Source: Clostridia bacterium
GTDB taxonomy: Bacteria; Bacillota; Clostridia; Oscillospirales; CAG-382
Length of the DNA: 64,000 nt
Direction of reading: 5' to 3'
Assembly: GCA_017447445.1 (NCBI GenBank)
Contig: JAFSNK010000035.1
Coordinates: forward strand, 29,781-93,780
Part shown: in pieces, positions 1 through 7,666 of the stretch
Numbering within the stretch: the stretch's first letter is position 1
Layout of the letters: every line of letters begins with the position of its first letter
Position numbers and translations under genes: made by a program
Notes under the pieces: model-generated
Database searches by the model: none
What the model was told of the DNA's origin: nothing
Seen by the model: only the letters and a program-made list of their open reading frames with translations

Positions 1-234
1 CATCCCGCTGTCCTCTATCGCCGTAACGACGAATCCGATCTCGTCCATATGCGCGGCGACCATCACCTTTTTGCCGCCGTGTCTTCCCTTTTTATAAACG
101 GTAAGGTTCCCCATCGCGTCGCGGGAGATACCGTCCGCTGCCGGCTCCAGCACTCCGGCGATAACGTCTGCAAGCGTGTTTTCTCCGCCGGAGACCGAAA
201 GCTCCGACTGAAATTTCTTTATAAGCTCAAACAT
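1..234 (-). CDS. M42 family metallopeptidase (N-terminal 78 codons; gene continues beyond window start)
   Basis: Reverse translation gives MFELIKKFQSELSVSGGE...VMVAAHMDEIGFVVTAIEDSGM. The AAHMDE[IV]GF motif is shared with the two upstream paralogues. The ATG at 234 overlaps the stop of the upstream gene. Confidence 0.8.
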   Translation of the reverse strand, partial: MFELIKKFQSELSVSGGENTLADVIAGVLEPAADGISRDAMGNLTVYKKGRHGGKKVMVAAHMDEIGFVVTAIEDSGM

Positions 235-1255
235 TTTCAAAGCTCCTTTCGTTTAACGCGAACGCCAGCCGTTCGACCGCGTCTATGTCGCCTGTATGCA
301 GAACGTCGGACGCCGTGTGTATGTATCTCGCGGGGGCGCTTACCGCGATCACCTTTGCTCCCGCCGCGCCGCGCTGATAGCTGCGCGCCTCGTTGCCTCC
401 GGCGATAACGTTCTTATACTGCCATTTTATACCGTTCTTTTCCGCCGTTTCGACCGCGTACGCGACGGCTTTTTTATTATAAAGCGTAGCGCCGTCCATA
501 AAGGATATCACGGCGCCGCCGCCCACCTCGCAGGCGCATTGGGTTTTCGGAGTCCCCAAAACGTCGCCCGCCGTGGTGGATTCGATTATCACCGCGACGT
601 CCGGGCGGGTGTTAAAAACGGTTTGCGACGCGCCGACGCAGCCCACTTCCTCGCAGGTGTTGAAGGCGAAATGAGTGTCGTACTCCGGATCGCCGTTTAT
701 CATATCGACGAGCACCGCGCAGCCAAACCTGTCGTCCAGCGCTTTGGAACGGACGAGACCTTCACCGAACGGTTCGAAATCCGGAGCGAACACCGCGCAG
801 TCGCCGACGTTCACGCTTTGCAGCGCCTCCTCGCGGTTCGCGGCGCCGATATCGATATTCATATCCGTGATCGGTTCGCATTTTCCGCGTTCCTCGTTAG
901 TCTGCATATGTATCGCCTTCGAAGCGATAACACCGGTGACGCCGCTGCGGCAGAACGCGACTCGCCTGCCGGAGACCACGCGCCTGTCGACGCCGCCGAC
1001 GCTGCCGAACCAAAGGTAGCCGTCTTCGTCGATATGCTTTACCATAAACCCGACTTCGTCCATATGCGCCGCGAACAGCACGGTTTTGTCCCTGCGCTTC
1101 CTTCCCTTTTTGAAAACCAGCAGGTTGCCCGCGGGATCGACCGAATACTCGCAGCCGGAATCCTTTATATCCGCGATTATCGCTTCGCGCACCTCGTCCT
1201 CCATTCCGGAAGGTCCGAGAATATCGCAGTATTTTTTAAGCAGCCGTATATCCAT
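227..1255 (-). CDS. M42 family glutamyl aminopeptidase / endoglucanase-like peptidase
   Basis: 342-aa ORF with LFAAHMDEVGFMV, DDRFGC and EEVG motifs typical of the FrvX/PepA/YsdC (TET aminopeptidase) family. Confidence 0.85.
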   Translation of the reverse strand: MDIRLLKKYCDILGPSGMEDEVREAIIADIKDSGCEYSVDPAGNLLVFKKGRKRRDKTVLFAAHMDEVGFMVKHIDEDGYLWFGSVGGVDRRVVSGRRVAFCRSGVTGVIASKAIHMQTNEERGKCEPITDMNIDIGAANREEALQSVNVGDCAVFAPDFEPFGEGLVRSKALDDRFGCAVLVDMINGDPEYDTHFAFNTCEEVGCVGASQTVFNTRPDVAVIIESTTAGDVLGTPKTQCACEVGGGAVISFMDGATLYNKKAVAYAVETAEKNGIKWQYKNVIAGGNEARSYQRGAAGAKVIAVSAPARYIHTASDVLHTGDIDAVERLAFALNERSFENV

Positions 1256-2293
1256 TCATCGCGCCTCCGTTTCTTTTATGAACAGCGAGATGAGACGCGC
1301 GGTCTCGTATACGTCCTTAAGATCGCAGATCTCGCTCGCGGTGTGCATATTTTTAAGCGGGATCGAGAACAGGACCGAAGGTATCGCTCCGCGCGCGGAG
1401 GAAATACCTTCCGTATTCGTTCCGGTCCGCCCCGGCGACGCCGAAAGCTGATATTTCACGCCGTTTTCCTTTGCGGTCTTCACGGCGAGGTCGGTAAGCC
1501 GGCGCGAAGTCATGGGCGAATAGCAGATATCCACGCCGTTCCCGACTTTTACACCCTCGCGCGATTTGTGCGCGCCGGGTACGAAGGCGTTAGTTACGTC
1601 GGAAACTATCGCCATATCCGGTTCCAAGCCGAAAGCGACGGTCGCCGCGGCGTTTCCCGTCTCTTCCCTTGCGGAGAAGGAGAACGCGACGTCGCAGCCG
1701 AGCTGTTTTTTATCAAGCATCATAAGCGCGCGGATCGTCGCGGCGGCGCAGAGCCGGTCGTCCAGATAGGTCCCGACTACGCGGGTGCCGAGCAGCTTTT
1801 CGGTCTTTCCGCGGAAGCCGACGGGAGTCCCGACGCGTATTATCTCTTTTAATCTTTCGACGGACGTCCCGGTGTCGATAAACAGGTCGGATATCTCGGT
1901 CTTTTTTTCCGCCTCGCCGGGCGCCTGCAGATGCGGCGGCTTGGAGCCGAAAACCCCGGTTATCGTGCGCTTGCCGTAGATATTCACAACGCTCGCCTGA
2001 AGTATCTTCGGCGCGATGCCGCCCACGGGAGCCACGCGCAGGAAACCGCCCTCGCAGATCTCGGTAACAAGAAAGCCGACGGTATCGAGATGCGCGTCGC
2101 ACATCACAAGCGGGGCGTTTTTCTTTCCGCAGCGCATCAAAGCGCAGATACTGCTGACGGGAGTGGTATATATCTCGTCGAAAATTTCCGTCGACGCGAG
2201 GAATTCCCGAACGGCGGCGAAAGCCGCGTGCTCGAAGCCCGAAACGCCGGGGACCGACGTTAGTTTTTCGATTATTTCATACAGCTTATCCAT
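1256..2293 (-). CDS. M42 family metallopeptidase
   Basis: 345-aa ORF with CDAHLDTVGF, LDDRLC and REETG motifs. AAGGAG RBS upstream. It abuts the next paralogue with no gap. Confidence 0.85.
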   Translation of the reverse strand: MDKLYEIIEKLTSVPGVSGFEHAAFAAVREFLASTEIFDEIYTTPVSSICALMRCGKKNAPLVMCDAHLDTVGFLVTEICEGGFLRVAPVGGIAPKILQASVVNIYGKRTITGVFGSKPPHLQAPGEAEKKTEISDLFIDTGTSVERLKEIIRVGTPVGFRGKTEKLLGTRVVGTYLDDRLCAAATIRALMMLDKKQLGCDVAFSFSAREETGNAAATVAFGLEPDMAIVSDVTNAFVPGAHKSREGVKVGNGVDICYSPMTSRRLTDLAVKTAKENGVKYQLSASPGRTGTNTEGISSARGAIPSVLFSIPLKNMHTASEICDLKDVYETARLISLFIKETEAR

Positions 2294-2295
2294 TT

Positions 2296-3642
2296 TTACT
2301 CCTTGAATCCGTTGACGATCTCTTTGAATCTTTCGCCCCTCTCGGCGAAGTTTTTGAACATATCGAAGCTTGCGGAAGCGGGCGAAAGCACCACCGAATC
2401 GCCGCGCTTTGCTTTTTCGCGCGCGGTACGCACGGCAAGCGCGAAGTCGCCGACAGTGACGTAATCGGTGAATCCCGCTTCGTCAAGAGCGCGCGCTATC
2501 TTCGGCGCGGTGGCGCCGCAGAGCACAGCGAACTTTACCTTGCGCAAGAAAAGCGCGCCGAGCGGATCGTAGGGGATGTGCTTGTCGTACCCGCCGGAGA
2601 TAACAATTACTTTGTCCCTGAAGCTTTCGAGGCACGCCTTGGTGCGCGAAGGGCTTGAATCTATGGAGGAATTGTAGTATTTCACTCCGTCCAGCTCCCG
2701 CACGAGCTCGATCCTGTGTTCCACGCCGCCGAACTCCGCGGCGACGCGGCGCAGGCATTCGACGGGAACGATATCGCGCACGGCGGAATACGCCTCGCAG
2801 TAGTTATAGCGGTTGTGCCTGCCGACTATCTTTATTCCGCAGTCGGGCACGAGCAGCTCGGTCCCGCGCTTTATCCCCTCTTCGTCGAAGTATACTTCCG
2901 CGTTTGCGGCGCCGAGACCGCTTATGAACCGAACTTCGCCGTTCGCGCTTTTTGCGAATCCGCGACAGTATTCGTCGTCCGCGTTCAGCACAAGCACGCC
3001 GTTTTTATCCTGGAACCTGAATATATTGCACTTTGAATCGACGTATTCCGGCATCCCGGTGTGCCAGTCGAGGTGGTTTGGGGCGATATTGGTTATTACC
3101 GCAATATCCGGGCTCGCGTCCATCTTCATAAGCTGGAACGAGGAAAGCTCCACCACCGCGTAATCGTCTTTGCCGATATCATCCAGCGAATCGAACAGAT
3201 TGACGCCGATATTGCCGCCCAAAAAGACCTTCTTCCCCGCCGCTTCGAGCAGCTTCGCGATAAGCGTGGTAGTGGTGGTCTTGCCGTCGCTCCCGGTAAC
3301 GGCGATCTTTCTGCAGGGGCAGAGGCGGAAGAATTCGCGCATTTCGCTTGTGACGCGCGTCCCGTTCACGCGGGCGGAGTCCAAACCGGGCAGGTCCGGG
3401 CGGACGGCGGGCGAAAGAAAAAGAAGCGATTCGTTTATGTCGTCCAGATATCCGTCGCCGCAGATGAACTCAACTCCGTTTTCGGCAAGAAAAGGGTAAT
3501 TTGCGCGTACGTCCTTTTTGTCCCGCACGGTGCAGAGCGCGCCGGAGGCGAGGAAGCGTTTTATAACGGGAAGGTTGCTTACGCCGAGCCCGACGAAGCC
3601 GACCTTCTTGCCGCGGTATGAATCCGTGTATTCTTTAAGCAT
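2296..3642 (-). CDS. murD: UDP-N-acetylmuramoylalanine--D-glutamate ligase
   Basis: Starts at MLKEYTDSYRGKKVGFVGLGVSN (Rossmann GxGxxG) and has the Mur ligase P-loop AVTGSDGKTTTT. The 595-aa ORF in the track is trimmed to Met148 because its upstream part overlaps the RNase P RNA gene. Confidence 0.9.
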   Translation of the reverse strand: MLKEYTDSYRGKKVGFVGLGVSNLPVIKRFLASGALCTVRDKKDVRANYPFLAENGVEFICGDGYLDDINESLLFLSPAVRPDLPGLDSARVNGTRVTSEMREFFRLCPCRKIAVTGSDGKTTTTTLIAKLLEAAGKKVFLGGNIGVNLFDSLDDIGKDDYAVVELSSFQLMKMDASPDIAVITNIAPNHLDWHTGMPEYVDSKCNIFRFQDKNGVLVLNADDEYCRGFAKSANGEVRFISGLGAANAEVYFDEEGIKRGTELLVPDCGIKIVGRHNRYNYCEAYSAVRDIVPVECLRRVAAEFGGVEHRIELVRELDGVKYYNSSIDSSPSRTKACLESFRDKVIVISGGYDKHIPYDPLGALFLRKVKFAVLCGATAPKIARALDEAGFTDYVTVGDFALAVRTAREKAKRGDSVVLSPASASFDMFKNFAERGERFKEIVNGFKE

Positions 3643-3732
3643 AACGCACACTCCGATTCTGAATACGTTTATTACATTATATAGCGTTTTCCGCAAATAA
3701 TCAAGTATATATAAAGTAATTTGAGCAAATAT

Positions 3733-3761
3733 TTGACAAACCCCGAAAATTGTGATAGAAT
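3733..3761 (+). promoter_or_regulatory. sigma-A type promoter of rnpB (TTGACA-17-TAGAAT, TG-extended)
   Basis: TTGACA at 3733-3738, a 17-nt spacer ending in tgtga, and TAGAAT at 3756-3761, placed 5-7 nt before the predicted P1 helix. Confidence 0.65.
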
Positions 3762-3765
3762 GAAT

Positions 3766-4113
3766 CAGACCGTTCCGAACAATCGCGCGGCGGCATGGCG
3801 AAAGCCCCCGCCGTGAGGAAAGTCCGAGCTCCACAGAGCAGGATAACAGATAACATCTGCCGAAGGCGACTTCAGGGCCAGTGCAACAGAAATAAACCGC
3901 CCGCTTTTTGCGGGTAAGGATGGAAAGGCGAGGTAAGAGCTCACCGGCGCGCCGGAGACGGCGCGGCCATGTAAACCCTATCCGGAGCAACACCGCGGCG
4001 GGGGCGTATGCTTGCTCGGCAGCCCCCATGGAGGTGGCACAGACGCATGCGGCGACGTATGCGCAAGATAGATGATTGTTCACGACAGAACTCGGCTTAC
4101 AGGTCCGGTCTTA
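3766..4113 (+). ncRNA. rnpB: RNase P RNA (bacterial, probably type A)
   Basis: Conserved blocks are present: GGAAAGTCCGAGCTCCACAGAGCAGG, GTGCAACAGAAA and ACAGAACTCGGCTTACAG. The 5' AGACCG (3767-3772) pairs with the 3' CGGTCT (4106-4111) as the P1 helix. Confidence 0.9.
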
Positions 4114-4142
4114 AACGTACCGCTTCGCGCGGTACGTTTTTT
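4114..4142 (+). terminator. Rho-independent terminator after rnpB
   Basis: AACGTACCGC / GCGGTACGTT 10-bp stem, 5-nt loop, then TTTTTT. Confidence 0.8.
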
Positions 4143-4151
4143 CAAAATCGC

Positions 4152-4180
4152 TTGACATATTCCCAAAAAAAGTATATAAT
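4152..4180 (+). promoter_or_regulatory. sigma-A promoter of prfB (TTGACA-17-TATAAT)
   Basis: Exact consensus hexamers with a 17-nt spacer, 43 nt upstream of the prfB start. Confidence 0.65.
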
Positions 4181-4222
4181 AACGTATGGATAAAAATAAC
4201 CCGCTTTAAGAGGTAAACGGAT

Positions 4223-5329
4223 TTGATACTGCAACTTGAACAGGCGAAGCTTTCATTGGGCGAGCTTAAAGACGGAATACACGATCTGGGCGATTCGATA
4301 GGTTACGAAGGGCTTAAAAAAGAAGTCGAGGAGCTTGAGAACAAGACCGCCGAGGCGGGATTCTGGGACAAGCCGGAAGAATCGCAGCATATATTGAAGC
4401 AGCTCAAGCACAAGAAGAGCACTTTGGAGCATTACACGGCGTTGAAGCGCGATTACGACGATATCGAAACGCTTATCGACATCGCGATAGAGGACGACGA
4501 CGAAAGCGTTGTCGATGAAGTTATGTCGGACCTCGAAAAGGTACGCAAGGAATACGAACGCCAGAAGATAGAGATATTGCTTTCCGGCGAATACGACGGA
4601 AGCAACGCCATAATTTCCATCCACCCGGGCGCCGGCGGCACGGAAGCGCAGGACTGGGCGCAGATGCTGTTCCGCATGTATCAGCACTATGCCGAAAGCC
4701 ACGGGTTCAAGTTCAAGGTGCTGGATTATCTTGACGGCGACGAAGCCGGGATAAAGAGCGTTTCGTTTATGGTGGAGGGCGAAAACGCCTACGGATACCT
4801 TAAAAGCGAATCCGGCGTGCACAGACTTGTGCGCGTTTCCCCCTTCGACGCGAACGGCAGAAGGCACACCTCGTTCGCCAGCGTGGAGGTTTTACCGGAG
4901 TTCAACGATGAAATGACGATAGAGATAAACGAAGCCGATCTTAAAATAGAAGCCCACCGTTCCAGCGGCGCGGGCGGGCAGCATATAAACAAGACCGACT
5001 CCGCGATAAGGATCACCCACATCCCCACCGGGATAGTAGTGGGGTGCCAGACCGAGCGCAGCCAGGTGCAAAACCGCGAGACCGCCATGAGGATGCTTAA
5101 AAGCAAGCTTATGGAGATAAAAGAGCGCGAACACCTGGAAAAGATCGAGGACATCACCGGGACGAAAATGAACATCGAATGGGGCAGCCAGATAAGGTCC
5201 TACGTGTTTATGCCCTATACGCTCGTGAAAGACAACCGCACCGGTTGCGAGACCGGAAACATCCAGGCGGTTATGGACGGCGACCTGGACGACTTTATAA
5301 ACGAATACTTGAAGCTCAACTGCAAATAA
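4223..5329 (+). CDS. prfB: Peptide chain release factor 2 (single continuous ORF, TTG start)
   Basis: RF2-specific SPF tripeptide (RVSPFDANGRRHTSF) and GGQ motif (SSGAGGQHINKTDSA). AAGAGG RBS 9 nt upstream of the TTG. Confidence 0.9.
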   Translation: MILQLEQAKLSLGELKDGIHDLGDSIGYEGLKKEVEELENKTAEAGFWDKPEESQHILKQLKHKKSTLEHYTALKRDYDDIETLIDIAIEDDDESVVDEVMSDLEKVRKEYERQKIEILLSGEYDGSNAIISIHPGAGGTEAQDWAQMLFRMYQHYAESHGFKFKVLDYLDGDEAGIKSVSFMVEGENAYGYLKSESGVHRLVRVSPFDANGRRHTSFASVEVLPEFNDEMTIEINEADLKIEAHRSSGAGGQHINKTDSAIRITHIPTGIVVGCQTERSQVQNRETAMRMLKSKLMEIKEREHLEKIEDITGTKMNIEWGSQIRSYVFMPYTLVKDNRTGCETGNIQAVMDGDLDDFINEYLKLNCK

Positions 5330-5350
5330 CTACATCAGGAGGTTACCAAA

Positions 5351-5701
5351 ATGAAAAAATTCAGACCGATACTGGGCATTTCACTGTGCATCCAGTCACT
5401 CACCTTCTTCATTCTCGCGCTGATAAACATCGAGAAGAAGAAAGCCCTTGCCGCCACTTTTGCGGTTTTAGGCGCGGCGGGCGGCGCTGTCGGCGGCGTG
5501 CTGCTTTATAATGAGATAAAAGAGCGCAAGTCCGAAGATGATTTCGATCCCGACGATTATCTTGAAAGCTTTGACGACGATTTCGACGATCTCGACATCT
5601 GCGAGGACGACATACTCTGTTCGTTCGAGGACGACGGCGAGAAAAAAGAAGCGGACGGCGCGGAAGATACCGCGGAATCCGCCGAAGAAAAAGCCGAGTG
5701 A
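5351..5701 (+). CDS. Small membrane protein with a highly acidic C-terminal tail (function unknown)
   Basis: AGGAGG RBS. Two hydrophobic segments, then a D/E-rich tail (DDFDPDDYLESFDDDFDDLDICEDD...). Confidence 0.6.
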   Translation: MKKFRPILGISLCIQSLTFFILALINIEKKKALAATFAVLGAAGGAVGGVLLYNEIKERKSEDDFDPDDYLESFDDDFDDLDICEDDILCSFEDDGEKKEADGAEDTAESAEEKAE

Positions 5702-5789
5702 TTTTTTGCAAATAACGAACGCGGATCGGGGTGCGAAAGCGCTCCGATTCGTCGCGTGTAAAGATGTTTATACGAAAGGATGATCAACT

Positions 5790-7571
5790 ATGGCAAACGG
5801 GTCGCTTTCCGTCGATACCGAGCATTTGTTTCCCATTATCAAAAAATGGCTTTATTCCGAAAAGGACATTTTCGTCCGTGAGGTGATCTCCAACGCCTGC
5901 GACGCAATAACCAAGCACAAACGTCTTGTTTCGCTTGGAGAAGCGGCCGACGACGGAACCGATTACCGCGTAACGGTTTCCGTAAACAAGGATGAGCAGA
6001 CCATCACCGTTACCGATAACGGCATAGGCATGGACGCCGAAGAAGTTGACAAATATATTAACAACATCGCGCTTTCCGGCGCTCTGGACTTCATTTCACG
6101 TTACGAAGGCGAAGGTTCGAGCGGCATTATAGGGCACTTCGGGTTGGGGTTTTATTCCATGTTCATTGTTTCGGAAAAGGTGGAACTGTTCTCGAAGTCT
6201 TATAAAGGCGGCGAAGGGGTGCACTGGATCTGCGACAGCGAGGGCAACTTTAACAGCGAGGCGTGCGAATACGAAGGGCACGGCACGCGCATTATAATGC
6301 ACGTCGCAGACGACGAGACGGCTTACCTCGACACCGTAAAGCTGCGCACGATACTGGAGCGTTACTGCGCCTTTATGCCCTACCCCATCGCGCTGACCGA
6401 CGCGGAGGGCAAGGAAAACGTTATAAACGACACCGATCCGCTGTGGCAGCGCAACCCGCAGGACGTTACCGACGAACAGTACAACGAGTTTTACAAAAAG
6501 GTATTCAACGATTATCAGGACCCGCTGTTCAGGGTGCACGTCGTCGCGGATTACCCGCTCAACTTCAAGGGCGTGCTGTTCATACCGCGCAGGAAAACGG
6601 GTTACGACTCCACGGAAAGCGAGATAAAGCTGTTTTACAACTCCGTGTTCGTGGCTGACAATATTAAAGAGGCGTGCCCGGACTGGCTGGTGAACATCAA
6701 GGGCGTGCTTGACTGCCCGGAGCTTCCGCTTAACGTTTCGCGCAGTTACCTGCAGAACGACGTTTACGTCCGCAAGATCGCCTCGCACATCGCGAAGAAG
6801 ATCGCCGACAGGGTGAATTATCTGTTCAACAACGAGCGCGAAGCGCTGGAGAAGAACTGGCGCGATATGAAGCCCTATTTTGAATACGCCTGCATGCGCG
6901 ACGAAAAGTTTGCGGAGCGCGTGAACGATTCGATCCTTATCGAAAAGGTCGGCGGCGGATTCTGCACCGTTAAGGAATATCTCGGCGAAGGGAACGAGGG
7001 CGGCGACATTTACTACACGAACGACGCGGCGGCGCAAAGCTATTACGTGGATATGTACCGTCAAAAAGGCAAGGACGTGCTGATATTCGATAACCTTATC
7101 GACAACAACTACGCGCAGTTCCTTGAAAGCAAGAACGACAAGCTGAAATTCAAGCGCATAGATTCCGCGTTCGGCGAAGGCACCGACGGAGGCGACAGCG
7201 AAGCGCTTACCGGGCTGTTCCGCAAAGCAAGCGGCAAGGAGGAGCTTAAAGTGGCGTTCGCGGACCTTGGCGAGGACGGCGCCGCGGCGCTTATTTCGCT
7301 GCCGGAGGAAGGGCGCAGGATCGCGGATATGATGCGGATGTACAGCATATCCTCCGGCAATCCGGAGCAGTTCGACTTCCCCGCCGACGAATGCCTTACG
7401 ATCAACCGCGCGAACCCGGTCATCAAGGCGCTGGAGCAGGACGAAAGATCCGAAGACGCCGAGGACAAGGCAAAGCTTATATACCTTTCCGCGCTGCTGC
7501 TCTCGCGCACGCTGAAAGCCGAGGAAGCGAAGGAGTTCATTCGTCTGAACAACAAATTCCTTGCGAAATAA
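5790..7571 (+). CDS. htpG: Molecular chaperone HtpG (Hsp90 family)
   Basis: GHKL ATPase motifs EVISNACDAITK, DNGIGM and GHFGLGFYS. 593 aa. Confidence 0.9.
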   Translation: MANGSLSVDTEHLFPIIKKWLYSEKDIFVREVISNACDAITKHKRLVSLGEAADDGTDYRVTVSVNKDEQTITVTDNGIGMDAEEVDKYINNIALSGALDFISRYEGEGSSGIIGHFGLGFYSMFIVSEKVELFSKSYKGGEGVHWICDSEGNFNSEACEYEGHGTRIIMHVADDETAYLDTVKLRTILERYCAFMPYPIALTDAEGKENVINDTDPLWQRNPQDVTDEQYNEFYKKVFNDYQDPLFRVHVVADYPLNFKGVLFIPRRKTGYDSTESEIKLFYNSVFVADNIKEACPDWLVNIKGVLDCPELPLNVSRSYLQNDVYVRKIASHIAKKIADRVNYLFNNEREALEKNWRDMKPYFEYACMRDEKFAERVNDSILIEKVGGGFCTVKEYLGEGNEGGDIYYTNDAAAQSYYVDMYRQKGKDVLIFDNLIDNNYAQFLESKNDKLKFKRIDSAFGEGTDGGDSEALTGLFRKASGKEELKVAFADLGEDGAAALISLPEEGRRIADMMRMYSISSGNPEQFDFPADECLTINRANPVIKALEQDERSEDAEDKAKLIYLSALLLSRTLKAEEAKEFIRLNNKFLAK

Positions 7572-7585
7572 AAAGCAAACAAGAA

Positions 7586-7620
7586 AACGGTGTGTTTCCG
7601 TCGGACGGGAACACACCGTT
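7586..7620. terminator. Stem-loop shared by convergent htpG and the diguanylate cyclase gene
   Basis: AACGGTGTGTTTCC / GGGAACACACCGTT stem. The T-rich tract is on the minus-strand side (ttcttgtttgctttt). Confidence 0.6.
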
Positions 7621-7666
7621 ATCGTTATAAGCGTTTCGCGGCGGAGCGGCTGCGGCAACGCCGTTT

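Noticed and set aside
296-1852. 518-aa plus-strand ORF spanning two M42 peptidase genes
   Set aside because: It is antisense to two well-supported genes. Its composition is Arg/Ala/Gly-rich as expected for shadow frames in high-GC DNA, and it has no RBS or recognisable motifs.
3643-4083. N-terminal 147 codons of the 595-aa ORF containing murD
   Set aside because: This part overlaps the RNase P RNA gene and its promoter on the opposite strand. The MurD Rossmann fold begins right after Met148 (3642).
4186-4226. Possible programmed +1 frameshift site of prfB (mini-ORF ending CTT TAA; ATT TGA at 4221-4226)
   Set aside because: The +1 frame after CTT hits TAA at 4214. The frame containing ATT TGA is open for only 8 codons. 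The full RF2 N-terminus is already encoded in the main frame.
6096-7658. 520-aa minus-strand ORF opposite htpG
   Set aside because: Shadow ORF antisense to a strongly supported Hsp90 gene, with low-complexity Arg/Val/Leu composition.
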